Shown here in pieces: positions 49,096 through 58,398 of a stretch of 64,000 bases of DNA (position 1 is its first letter; the number at the start of each line of letters is the position of its first letter). The notes under the pieces were generated by a model. The model searched no databases. It saw nothing but the letters and a program-made list of their open reading frames with translations, and was not told the origin of the DNA. The position numbers were made by a program, and so were the translations under genes. Origin of the DNA: Spirochaetia bacterium (GTDB taxonomy: Bacteria; Spirochaetota; Spirochaetia; UBA9216); NCBI GenBank assembly GCA_963677925.2, contig CAXXYH010000004.1, forward strand, positions 2,048,001-2,112,000, read 5' to 3'.

Positions 49096-49365
49096 CTATA
49101 TCCTGTGCATTGAGTTGAATATTTCTTCGCGCTGTATGCGGACCGACAGATTTTTATCTTTTCCGTAATTGTTCAGTACTGAAACAAGTTCTGAAAAATC
49201 GCAGGAAAGGTTTGCGGTATCCACCATCATGATCATGGTGAACATTCCGTTCATTACCGTCTGATTGATGTCCAGTATGTTAACATTCCGGTCCGCAAGG
49301 ATATTTGCTATCGAAGCAATGATACCAACGGTATCCTTTCCTATTACTGTGATAAACGAATTCAT
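49096..49365 (-). CDS. ACT domain protein (UPF0237)
   Basis: ITVIGKDTVGIIA, NILDINQT, EEIFNSMHRI; usual partner of DUF711. Confidence 0.92.
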   Translation of the reverse strand: MNSFITVIGKDTVGIIASIANILADRNVNILDINQTVMNGMFTMIMMVDTANLSCDFSELVSVLNNYGKDKNLSVRIQREEIFNSMHRI

Positions 49366-50537
49366 TATAAAGCTCCATCTAAGTATAATTTTTCTGTATT
49401 TGCTATTGCTTTTTCAAGTCTTTCATCCAAATCAAGTTCTTTGTATTCCTCAATCATACGGTGAAAATCCGGATGGGTTATCGGATGTTCAGGTGCAAAA
49501 AGAGTACAGCAGTCTTCAAATGGCAGTATTGATGTTTTAAAAGTATCTATCCTCTCGGCAATTCTTATTATTTCTTCCTTGTCCATTCCGATAAGCGGAC
49601 GGAAAATTGGAAGATCGGTAGCACTTCCTGTAAAGCGGATGCTTTCGGGGGTCTGGCTTGCAACCTGTGAAAGAGCCTCGCCGGTTATCAGGGCCAGCTG
49701 AGTGTTCTTCTTGGCAATCCGGTCGGCAATCTGTACCATGGCGTGCCGCATTAAAAGGGTAGTGGCCTTGTCAAAACCCTTATCTTTTATATGAAGCTGC
49801 ACCTCTGTGAAAGGGACTATATAAAGATTAATTCCGCAGGTCCATGAGGACAGTATCTGTGCAAGATCTATAACTTTCTGTTTTGCCTCATCAGAGGTGT
49901 AGGGATAGGTATGAAAGTAGATAGCATCGATTTTCATTCCGCGTTTGGCCATGAGGTAGCCTGCTACAGGAGAGTCGATACCGCCGGAAAGCATCAGCAT
50001 TCCGCCGCCTGCAATTCCGACAGGAAGACCGCCGGGGCCCTTTTTTACCCTGCTGTAGATGTAAGCCATTTCACGAAGTTCCACGTTGATGCTCCAGTCA
50101 GGATTTTTAACATCAACATGAAGTTCCGGATGGGCCTCAAGTACCGCAGCGCCGAGCTCGCAGACTATATCGTAGGAACTCATGTGAAAGCTCTTGTCGG
50201 CACGTCTTGAATTGATTTTGAAGCTTGTGCCCGGAAGTGCTTCGGTATTGGCTTTCGCAATCTTAAGCGCTTCCTGCCTTATCAGCTCGAAATCCTTTTC
50301 AACCCTTATAACCTCGCTGTATCCGGTTACTCCGAAGGTCTTGGAAAGAACTTCTTCGATTGCTTTTGAATTTGACTCGTCCGATTCAATAAAGAACCGT
50401 CCCCTTGTACCTGTTACCCTGCAGCTGATGCTGCGGAGATTGGATTTAATATTTTTTTTAAGCCGCTTTTCAAAAAAAGACCGGTTGCCGCCTTTGAGGG
50501 CTATCTCTCCGATCTTGATCAGATAAAGTTTGTCCAC
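49365..50537 (-). CDS. thiI: tRNA 4-thiouridine(8) synthase ThiI
   Basis: GEIALKGGNR, THUMP domain, PP-loop LSGGIDSPVA, GEALSQVASQT, RPLIGMDK, EDCC; GTG start. Confidence 0.95.
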   Translation of the reverse strand: MDKLYLIKIGEIALKGGNRSFFEKRLKKNIKSNLRSISCRVTGTRGRFFIESDESNSKAIEEVLSKTFGVTGYSEVIRVEKDFELIRQEALKIAKANTEALPGTSFKINSRRADKSFHMSSYDIVCELGAAVLEAHPELHVDVKNPDWSINVELREMAYIYSRVKKGPGGLPVGIAGGGMLMLSGGIDSPVAGYLMAKRGMKIDAIYFHTYPYTSDEAKQKVIDLAQILSSWTCGINLYIVPFTEVQLHIKDKGFDKATTLLMRHAMVQIADRIAKKNTQLALITGEALSQVASQTPESIRFTGSATDLPIFRPLIGMDKEEIIRIAERIDTFKTSILPFEDCCTLFAPEHPITHPDFHRMIEEYKELDLDERLEKAIANTEKLYLDGAL

Positions 50538-50567
50538 ACAAAATCTCCTGAAATTGTTAACTGCAAG

Positions 50568-51743
50568 TTAACCAAGGTTATTAATAAGTATAGATGATTC
50601 CTGCTCAAGAATGTCACAAAATTGCTCAATTTCTTCGGTTTTTGTCGAGGGACCGGTTGAGATCCGGATTGAAGAAAAGGAATCTGCTGATTCTACCCCC
50701 ATCGCGTTCATGACACGGTAATTCTTTTTCTTTTTATTGCTGCAGGCCGAGCCTGTAGAGATATCAAATCCGCGGTCGCTCATTACCCTGACTATGATTT
50801 CTCCGGGTACGGGTTTTAATGAAACAGAGAGTATATATGGAGAGAACAGTTCCTGATTCACAAGTTTTTCAGCGTCGCTGAAAGGAAGAAACTCTGCGCC
50901 TTTGATTTTACTTATTCTGTTAATGAGCAGTTTTTTGTTTTTGAGTGCTGTCGCGATGTTCTCCGGCATCATGCCGTGATATTTCTGAGAAGCTTCAGCT
51001 GTTGCAATTATCCCCTGAAGGTTTTCTGTGCCGTGACGGATATCATTCTCCTGACCGCCTCCGGTGTATACAGTTTCCAGAGGTTTTGAAAGATAAAGTA
51101 TACCGCAGCCCCTTGGTCCCTGAAATTTGTGACTGCTTACAGAGGCTGAATGAAGGCCGGGAATATTCATGCTGAAGGGGATTTTACATACTGCCTGTAC
51201 GGCATCGGCATGAAAGTGAACCCTGAATCCGGGCTGTCGGTTTAAATCTGCAATTCCGGCGGCAATTTCTTTAACCGGCTGAATGCTTCCTGTTTCGTTG
51301 TTTACAAGCATGCATGAGGCGAACCGGGTGTTTTTATCAATCTTTTCGATAAACTTTTCCGGCCGTATCCTTCCGTCGGGTTCCGGATTTACTACGCGAA
51401 GTTCCCATCCCATCCGTGAGAGCAGTACAGCCGGTTCGTATACCGAGGGGTGTTCGATGCCGGAGATTACTAAATTACCGGTCTGTTTTTTCTTCAGAAA
51501 CGAGCTTATCACAAGGTTGTTTGATTCTGTGCCTCCGGAAGTGAAGTACAGTTTATCAGCAGCGGTTCCCAGTACCTCGGCACAGATTTGCCGTGAGCTC
51601 TCAAGCAGTTTACCGGCATCCTTACCGCTGTTGTGCAGCGATGAAGGGTTTCCGAATGTATGCAGCGATGTTTCCGCCGCGTTAAGGATTACTTCACGAT
51701 CCGGTACAGCTGTAGCTGCCCAGTCAAGATAAATTCTGCTCAT
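50568..51743 (-). CDS. iscS: Cysteine desulfurase (IscS/NifS type)
   Basis: IYLDWAAT, GNPSSLH, FTSGGTESNN, HADAVQ, SSHKFQGP, STGSACS. Confidence 0.9.
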   Translation of the reverse strand: MSRIYLDWAATAVPDREVILNAAETSLHTFGNPSSLHNSGKDAGKLLESSRQICAEVLGTAADKLYFTSGGTESNNLVISSFLKKKQTGNLVISGIEHPSVYEPAVLLSRMGWELRVVNPEPDGRIRPEKFIEKIDKNTRFASCMLVNNETGSIQPVKEIAAGIADLNRQPGFRVHFHADAVQAVCKIPFSMNIPGLHSASVSSHKFQGPRGCGILYLSKPLETVYTGGGQENDIRHGTENLQGIIATAEASQKYHGMMPENIATALKNKKLLINRISKIKGAEFLPFSDAEKLVNQELFSPYILSVSLKPVPGEIIVRVMSDRGFDISTGSACSNKKKKNYRVMNAMGVESADSFSSIRISTGPSTKTEEIEQFCDILEQESSILINNLG

Positions 51744-51909
51744 AGTGTGATGATAATAGTAGTCTGACGCCTTTTTTTCAAGCCACAGAAGCAGGGTCGG
51801 CTTTGACTGTAACGTGATACTTAAAAATGCTTCTATTCACTGTTCATATATAGAAAAAATAATAAACTTCTCTTGAAGAAATCCCATTTTCAGTATATTC
51901 TTTTCCGAT

Positions 51910-52212
51910 ATGGAAAAAGATTGCTGTCCTGAAGACGAAATTAAAACAATCGCTGAAAAGCTGAAGGTCTGCGGCCATCCGGTCCGGCTTAAGATCCTGT
52001 GTCTGATTGAAAAGCAGGATTCATGTGTAACTGATTTATGGCAGTGCCTTGATCAGTCCCAGCCCGTAATCTCCCAGCACCTTGCTGTTCTCAAAGAAAA
52101 GGGTATTGTGGAGTCTGATATTCAGGGTAACCGGCGTATCTACTCAATCTGCGACCCCTTCATAAAGACTGTAGTAAAATCCTTCCCCTTTGTTGAAAAT
52201 GTAGGAAACTGA
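51910..52212 (+). CDS. ArsR/SmtB family regulator
   Basis: GHPVRLKIL, CVTDL, SQPVISQHLAVLK; N-terminal CC pair. Confidence 0.92.
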   Translation: MEKDCCPEDEIKTIAEKLKVCGHPVRLKILCLIEKQDSCVTDLWQCLDQSQPVISQHLAVLKEKGIVESDIQGNRRIYSICDPFIKTVVKSFPFVENVGN

Positions 52213-52228
52213 TAATTTTATTTGATAT

Positions 52229-52262
52229 AAAAAAAGGCTGAACATCGTGTTCAGCCTTTTTT
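52229..52262. terminator. Bidirectional terminator
   Basis: A7-GGCTGAACA-TCG-TGTTCAGCC-T6. Confidence 0.85.
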
Positions 52263-52287
52263 AATGCCTGATGCAGCTTTAATATCT

Positions 52288-53883
52288 CTACTCGGCAAGT
52301 TTTACAAAATTTTGATAGGCCGTTATTGCTCCATCAACTGCTGTATAGACGGCGGAGAGTATTCCAATCCAGGTAAGTATTGTAGACGCAGTGCTGTAGA
52401 CATCTCCGATATTTCCCATGATATTTTTCTCAACGTAAATCACGGAACCGGGGGGAACATCATCATAGAGTCCGATTTTTGTACGGTTGCCGTCGAGATC
52501 TATCAAAGTGAAGGTCTTCATGTTGGCGTTATCTTCATCGAAGCCGCCTGCAGCTGTGATATAGTCGATTGCCCGGTAGTCGCTTACATAGGCAATTGTT
52601 GAAGTCGTTGTATCGGATGTATACATGGCACCGAAAACACTTACATAGGTCCGTTCAACAGGAACCAATATGTGGTCGCCCGGCTTTAACGGAATATCCA
52701 GGGTTAAATCCCTGGTCTGCCAGAGTTCATCAACATCCACCGAGATAAATTCGCCTTCTGCTTTTCTTCTAACTTCGGAACGGTGTGATATTGCATAGGG
52801 TGTCGGTCCGCCAACTGAGTCCAGGACATCAAGAAGAGTAATTCCCGGGTAGAATGCTACCTCAAGTTTTACACCTCTGGTGGGAGCGGTGAACGGTTCA
52901 AAGCTTGTATTCGGTTTCCCGTAAACAGCACCTTCAACAGTAATAGTTTCAGCTCTCTCACTTAATGAAGAAATATAAACCGAATCGCCGTTGACCATTG
53001 ATGTGGCTGCCGCTTCGGTCAGTTTAGCTGATTTTCTGGCATAGGTACCGTCGGACTCAAGCCGCGTAATCTCAATCCTGTCTTTCTGTGCATCAGGTCT
53101 TACCCCGCCGGCCAGTTTTATCAGGGTTTCGAGGTTTTCTTCGGGCTGAAGTTCGTATATTCCAGGATATTTGATTTTTCCGGTTATGTTTACAACGGTT
53201 TCAGCCATTGGGACATATATCTTATCACCGGGCTGGAGCCTTGGGTTTGAGTCGAAATCAGCATTCTGATAAAATCTGGAAAGATCGACTTTTATCTCTT
53301 CTTCACCGCGTATTATTGTGACGTTCCTGTAGGAAGCGTTATCCTTGAATCCCGCACACATCGATATTGCATCGACTACGGTTGTCACCGGTGTTGCATT
53401 GATGTAACCGGAAACTGAAACACCCCCATAGATGAATACGTTGAAGTGTGCAGGGGAGGCAAGATTGAAAGTTATATACTGAACGGGTGTCATCCGTGCT
53501 ATTTCATCTGAAATAAAAGCCTGAAGCTGGGATATGGTTTTTCCGGCTACATTGGTTTCACCTATAAAGGGCAGTACCATTGAGTAATCCTGCTGCAGCT
53601 GGATGTTGTATGTTGTTATATAGTCGGCGCTGCGTTCGCTGTTGGATCCGTAATTTATCAGCAGGGTGAAAACATCTCCCGGTGTAAGTGGATAGTTGTC
53701 AAGCGCTTCAAAATTAGTTGAATAACTCTGCGATGTATTCAGCAGTGCGGCTGAATTGGTGAGTACATATTTAAAAATATCAGCCTGCAGGCCGAATCCG
53801 CTGCTCTCACTTTCTGCGTCCTGGGCGACGGCCGGAAAAATAAGCGCTGTAAGGATTAATACAGTAAGTAACGTCTTTTTCAT
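52288..53883 (-). CDS. SLBB-domain polysaccharide export protein (Wza/KpsD-like)
   Basis: Signal peptide; YPLTPGD, LPFIGETNVAGKT (Poly_export); repeated SLBB units (LQPGDKIYVP, LKPGDHILVP); C-terminal amphipathic helix. Confidence 0.8.
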   Translation of the reverse strand: MKKTLLTVLILTALIFPAVAQDAESESSGFGLQADIFKYVLTNSAALLNTSQSYSTNFEALDNYPLTPGDVFTLLINYGSNSERSADYITTYNIQLQQDYSMVLPFIGETNVAGKTISQLQAFISDEIARMTPVQYITFNLASPAHFNVFIYGGVSVSGYINATPVTTVVDAISMCAGFKDNASYRNVTIIRGEEEIKVDLSRFYQNADFDSNPRLQPGDKIYVPMAETVVNITGKIKYPGIYELQPEENLETLIKLAGGVRPDAQKDRIEITRLESDGTYARKSAKLTEAAATSMVNGDSVYISSLSERAETITVEGAVYGKPNTSFEPFTAPTRGVKLEVAFYPGITLLDVLDSVGGPTPYAISHRSEVRRKAEGEFISVDVDELWQTRDLTLDIPLKPGDHILVPVERTYVSVFGAMYTSDTTTSTIAYVSDYRAIDYITAAGGFDEDNANMKTFTLIDLDGNRTKIGLYDDVPPGSVIYVEKNIMGNIGDVYSTASTILTWIGILSAVYTAVDGAITAYQNFVKLAE

Positions 53884-53889
53884 GAGCGA

Positions 53890-53918
53890 ATGATATCAGT
53901 CTCAAGATTGGTAGTCAA
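53890..53918 (-). promoter_or_regulatory. Sigma-70-type promoter, probably leaderless
   Basis: TTGACT-17 nt-TATCAT, 6 nt before ATG 53883. Confidence 0.65.
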
Positions 53919-53969
53919 CTGCGGATTCATATATCCATGCCTCGAAATATAGTCTATAATCATAAGCAT

Positions 53970-55028
53970 ATGAAGCAGTTAACAGTAAGACTTTCCGAAT
54001 ATACAACAGATCTGATAATCGATAAAAAAGTGGATCCCGACTGGATTTCTGAAAACGGAATAACCGGAAACATTGTGGTCTCCGATACAAATATTGCCGG
54101 ACTCCCGGCTTCCGAATTTATCAGTGAAATTAATGCTCATCAGGTGGTTCTCAGCCCCGGTGAGGCGGCCAAAAACCTCAATTCCGTGCAGAAAATCTGT
54201 GCCGAAGCGCTTGACTGCGGTCTGGGAAGAGACAGTCTTTTTACCGGTGTAGGCGGCGGTGTTGTCTGTGATATGACAGCCTTTGCCGCTTCCATTTATA
54301 TGCGCGGGTGCCGCGTCAATCTTGTTCCGACAAGCCTTCTTTCAATGGTAGATGCTACTATCGGCGGGAAAACCGGTGTAGACTTCATGGACCGGAAAAA
54401 TATTCTGGGCAGCTTCTTTCCTGCATGCAGGATCTTCATAGCTACTGAATATCTTGAAAGTCTTTCAAATGATGAATATTTGAGCGGACTGGCCGAAATC
54501 ATCAAGCACGCCTTCCTTACCGGCGGAGAGCTTCTTGATATTCTTAGCGAGAGCAGAACCGATGTTCTGAAGCGGGATCCCGAGCTTCTTGAAGAAATAA
54601 TATATAAAAGCCTTCTGATTAAAGCCCGCTATGTTGAAGAGGATTTCCGTGAAGCCGGTATACGGGCCCATCTTAATTTCGGACATACCTTCGGTCATGC
54701 CCTCGAAACTGCAGCAGGTCTCGGCAGGTTCACTCACGGCGGTGCTGTAGCCTGGGGAATGGCCCGGGCGTTAAAAGCCGGGGTCCTTCTGGGCCATACA
54801 GACCAGGGATATGCTGAAATGGCGATAGAACTTCTAAAACAATACGGTTACCACCTTGATTTCAGTGATTTTGATACAGATACTTTTATTAATGCCGCCG
54901 GTGCTGACAAGAAGAAAAAGGACGGTGAAGTTCGCTTTGTTCTTCAGAACGGGCTTGCCGACACCTTTCTTACGCCGGTAGAGGCTGAAATTCTAAGGGT
55001 GGTAATCGAAGGACATAATGAAATTTAA
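53970..55028 (+). CDS. aroB: 3-dehydroquinate synthase
   Basis: GEAAK, GGGVVCD, PTSLLSMVDATIGGKTG, GLAEIIKH, LNFGHTFGHALE, HGGAVAWGM. Start placed at MKQL (53970). Confidence 0.93.
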   Translation: MKQLTVRLSEYTTDLIIDKKVDPDWISENGITGNIVVSDTNIAGLPASEFISEINAHQVVLSPGEAAKNLNSVQKICAEALDCGLGRDSLFTGVGGGVVCDMTAFAASIYMRGCRVNLVPTSLLSMVDATIGGKTGVDFMDRKNILGSFFPACRIFIATEYLESLSNDEYLSGLAEIIKHAFLTGGELLDILSESRTDVLKRDPELLEEIIYKSLLIKARYVEEDFREAGIRAHLNFGHTFGHALETAAGLGRFTHGGAVAWGMARALKAGVLLGHTDQGYAEMAIELLKQYGYHLDFSDFDTDTFINAAGADKKKKDGEVRFVLQNGLADTFLTPVEAEILRVVIEGHNEI

Positions 55029-55824
55029 AACTGCGTATAATCCTGAGCATTCAGCAAAAGCAGATGACTACGTATTTATATTTGCAGGCCCCGATCTTCT
55101 GCTTGTAAATGAGGGGCTGCCGCGGGTTTCCGATGTTCCGGGTATCAAGGCTCTTGATGAAGAGCCTGTTTTTCTGGGTGAACTCGGTGAAAGCAGCTGT
55201 CTTGCCGCATCTGTAATATCAAAGGAAGACTTCTCAGTTCCGGAAACAGCAGATTTCTTTCCGCTTCGTACAAATCTTTCACTGCTCGGTACTGAAGAGG
55301 CGGCCGCCGCCGGGTTTGCATCCCATATCCTTCACTGGCATAACAAAAGCCGTTACTGCGGCGTATGCGGAAGCCGGATGAACTGGCTGCCGAAGGAACG
55401 GGCTAAGCATTGTGATAAATGTGGTAATACCGAATTCCCGAGAATCTCCCCGGCCATCATCATTGGAATAGAAAATGAAGGTAAAATACTTCTGGCTCAC
55501 AACCGTAGATTCCCGGACGGCCGCTACAGCGTTCTTGCCGGTTTTATGGAACCGGGCGAGACAATCGAGGAGACAGCAGAAAGGGAAGTATTTGAAGAAG
55601 TCGGAATCCGGATAAAAAATATCAAATATCTTGCCAGCCAGAGCTGGTCATTTCCTGATTCCCTGATGATAGGACTAACCGCAGAATATGCAGGCGGTGA
55701 AATAAAACCGGATGGTGTTGAAATCGAACATGCTGACTGGTTTACTGCTGACAATTTCCCGGCTATCCCGGATCACAGAACGATAGCCAGAAAAATAATA
55801 GATGAATATGCGAAAAAAAATTAA
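55018..55824 (+). CDS. nudC: NAD(+) diphosphatase NudC
   Basis: YCGVCG..HCDKCG zinc ribbon, FPRISPAII, Nudix box AGFMEPGETIEETAEREVFEEVG, SQSWSFPDSLM. Confidence 0.93.
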   Translation: MKFKTAYNPEHSAKADDYVFIFAGPDLLLVNEGLPRVSDVPGIKALDEEPVFLGELGESSCLAASVISKEDFSVPETADFFPLRTNLSLLGTEEAAAAGFASHILHWHNKSRYCGVCGSRMNWLPKERAKHCDKCGNTEFPRISPAIIIGIENEGKILLAHNRRFPDGRYSVLAGFMEPGETIEETAEREVFEEVGIRIKNIKYLASQSWSFPDSLMIGLTAEYAGGEIKPDGVEIEHADWFTADNFPAIPDHRTIARKIIDEYAKKN

Positions 55825-58330
55825 TTCTGAACAGCTCCCTGTATACCGGGAGAAAGAGCGGATACTCCGCTATATTGAAAAAAATCAGGTTGTAGTAGTC
55901 GAAAGCCCAACAGGCTCGGGTAAAACAACGCAGCTTCCGCTTATCCTTCACAATGCCGGGTACTCAAAAGCCGGCGTTATAGGCGTAACACAGCCCCGGC
56001 GTATTGCCGCACTTTCGGTCTGTGAATACATCGCGGACCAGACCGGCACCGAAACGGGAACCCTCGCCGGTTATAAAATGCGTTTTGAGGATGTCACCTC
56101 ACCTGAAACCCGTATTAAAATAATGACTGACGGAATACTGCTTCAGGAGCTGAAGGCTGATCCGTATCTCAGCCGGTACTCGGTTATTATGGTTGATGAG
56201 GCGCATGAACGAAGCCTCAATATCGATTTTATTCTGGGTCTCCTGAAAAAGGTGCTTGATGAGCGGAAGGACCTCAAGGTAATAATTTCTTCTGCAACGA
56301 TCAATGCCGAAGTCTTTTCGGAATATTTCAATAAATGTCCGGTCATACATATAGATACCGAGATCTTCCCGATTGATATTTTCTATGAGCCGCCTTCTGT
56401 GGAATCCTCAGATGAGGAAATGATCAGAAAGATTACAGAAATTGTCACAAGGACTGTCCGTAAGAATTACGGCGGCGATATTCTTATCTTTCTACCCGGT
56501 GAAAAGGTAATTAAGGACTGCATCAAGTCTTTGAGCACATCGGATGTAAGAAAGAATCTTTTCATACTTCCGCTGTATGCCCGGCTCAGCAGGGAAGAGC
56601 AGGAGCAGGTATTCATCGACACGCCTGAGGGGAAAACAAAGGTAGTTGTGAGCACCAATATTGCCGAGACCAGCGTCACTATCGACGGAATTGCTACGGT
56701 AATTGACTCTGGCCGTGCAAAGATCAATTTCTACAGTCCCACTACCTATACATCATCGCTTGTTGAAAAACCAATTGCAACCGCCTCATGCAACCAGAGG
56801 AAGGGCCGCGCCGGGCGAACCGGTCCCGGCAGATGCTACAGGCTTTATTCAAAACAGGATTTTACGGATCGGCCGATGTTCACTCTTGAAGAAATCTACC
56901 GGACCGACCTTTCCGAAGTAGTCCTGCGAATGGCAGAGCTTGGAATCAGCGAATTCAGTGAATTTGATTTTATATCTCCACCCGGAAAGGATGGGATCGT
57001 TTCGGCGGTTGAGACTTTAAGGCTGCTCGGAGCTCTGAATGATGAGAACGGTCTTTCAGCTGTCGGTGAAATGATGGCTGCCTTCCCTATGCTTCCAAGG
57101 CATTCCAGAATGATAGTTGAAGCAATAAACAGGTATCCGGATGTTCTTGAAGAAACCATTACTGCAGCGGCATTCCTGTCCGCGCATTCTCCTTATCTGC
57201 TTCCGCAGGGCGAGGAAATGGCTGCCAGAAGCGCACACCACAGCTTCAGCGATACCGGCGGAGACTTTGTTTCATACCTGAAGCTTCTTGATGCTTTTAT
57301 AGAAGCTGACGATAAAGAGAAGTTCTGTACACGTTTTTATCTTGATGAGAAAACGATGACCGAGATAAACAATATCAAGTTTCAGATTGAGGAAATTGTT
57401 CGTGAAATCGGAGTTCCTATCTCCGCCGGCGGAAGTACCGAGGATTATTTATGCGCGGTTTCCGGCGGGCTTATGCAGTTTGTCTGCTGCAGGACAGGAC
57501 GCGGTGTTTACCGCAGCCTTACCGCCGAGCAGATTCTGATACATCCGGGCTCGGTTATGTTCAGGGAAAACCCGCGGTTCATTGTAGCCGGAGAAGTTGT
57601 CCGGACTTCCCGCATGTTCGCACGATCAGTTTCTCCGCTTAAAAAGGAATGGCTTAAACGAATTTCGGAAGACCTTTTCTATGAGCTGGTTATATACAAT
57701 GAAGGGCAGCAGCCTGACGGCCGTCAGCAGGCGGGGCAGCGAGGCTCCGTAAAGGAAAAGGGGCATAAGCAGGAAGGCCGTACCGGCTCTGGAGTTGCAA
57801 TCGGGGGCGTAAGCTTTGATGTAAAGCCCTGGAAAAGCAATAAAAAGATTATAGAACTGCCCTGGAGTAAGCTCAGGCCAGTTCTTGAACGGATAAGTGA
57901 AAAAGATCTTTCACGGATAAAGAAATACCGCGGCAATGTTCTTGTCGGCGGCGGAGAATTTCTTACCGGTGTGAGAATGCGTACAATTGTTAAAATATGC
58001 AGTGTAGTTGATCCTGAGCGTGATTCAACTATGGAGATGCCGGCAGCTTTTTTCGCCGATGAAAATGTGGACTGGGCGCCTGTGGTAGCCGGTATGAATA
58101 AAATAATGAAATTGTACCGGAAGGAGCGCCGAAAGAAAACTTTCGGGTTTATTACCCTCCATACCGACGGTAACCGGAGTTACTGGTATCAGGCCGGCAG
58201 GAGTTTTACCTCTTCTATACAGGAAAGTATTTCAAGTCTTGAGGTTCTTGCGGATCAGGCTTCCGACAGTGATGTTTTAAAGAAAGTCAGTTCTGTTTAC
58301 CGCAGATTGAATGAACTTCTTGAATTGTAA
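55802..58330 (+). CDS. hrpA: ATP-dependent RNA helicase HrpA (DEAH)
   Basis: SPTGSGKTTQLP, TQPRRIAA, DEAHERSLNID, SAT, STNIAETSVTI, QRKGRAGR; HA2/OB region. Confidence 0.9.
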   Translation: MNMRKKINSEQLPVYREKERILRYIEKNQVVVVESPTGSGKTTQLPLILHNAGYSKAGVIGVTQPRRIAALSVCEYIADQTGTETGTLAGYKMRFEDVTSPETRIKIMTDGILLQELKADPYLSRYSVIMVDEAHERSLNIDFILGLLKKVLDERKDLKVIISSATINAEVFSEYFNKCPVIHIDTEIFPIDIFYEPPSVESSDEEMIRKITEIVTRTVRKNYGGDILIFLPGEKVIKDCIKSLSTSDVRKNLFILPLYARLSREEQEQVFIDTPEGKTKVVVSTNIAETSVTIDGIATVIDSGRAKINFYSPTTYTSSLVEKPIATASCNQRKGRAGRTGPGRCYRLYSKQDFTDRPMFTLEEIYRTDLSEVVLRMAELGISEFSEFDFISPPGKDGIVSAVETLRLLGALNDENGLSAVGEMMAAFPMLPRHSRMIVEAINRYPDVLEETITAAAFLSAHSPYLLPQGEEMAARSAHHSFSDTGGDFVSYLKLLDAFIEADDKEKFCTRFYLDEKTMTEINNIKFQIEEIVREIGVPISAGGSTEDYLCAVSGGLMQFVCCRTGRGVYRSLTAEQILIHPGSVMFRENPRFIVAGEVVRTSRMFARSVSPLKKEWLKRISEDLFYELVIYNEGQQPDGRQQAGQRGSVKEKGHKQEGRTGSGVAIGGVSFDVKPWKSNKKIIELPWSKLRPVLERISEKDLSRIKKYRGNVLVGGGEFLTGVRMRTIVKICSVVDPERDSTMEMPAAFFADENVDWAPVVAGMNKIMKLYRKERRKKTFGFITLHTDGNRSYWYQAGRSFTSSIQESISSLEVLADQASDSDVLKKVSSVYRRLNELLEL

Positions 58331-58369
58331 CGGATTGTAACATAATCTTAATTCATCTGAAGGCCGGCA

Positions 58370-58385
58370 TGGCATAAATCCTGCA
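58370..58385 (+). promoter_or_regulatory. Putative sigma-54 (-24/-12) promoter
   Basis: TGGCATAAATCCTGCA: GG-N10-GC spacing, close to consensus TGGCAC-N5-TTGCW; about 14 nt before ATG 58399. Confidence 0.6.
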
Positions 58386-58398
58386 ATCCGGTCTTCAA

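Noticed and set aside
55813-55820. A8 tract at the nudC/hrpA overlap as a phase-variation switch
   Set aside because: A8 runs are common in this sequence and both frames are intact.
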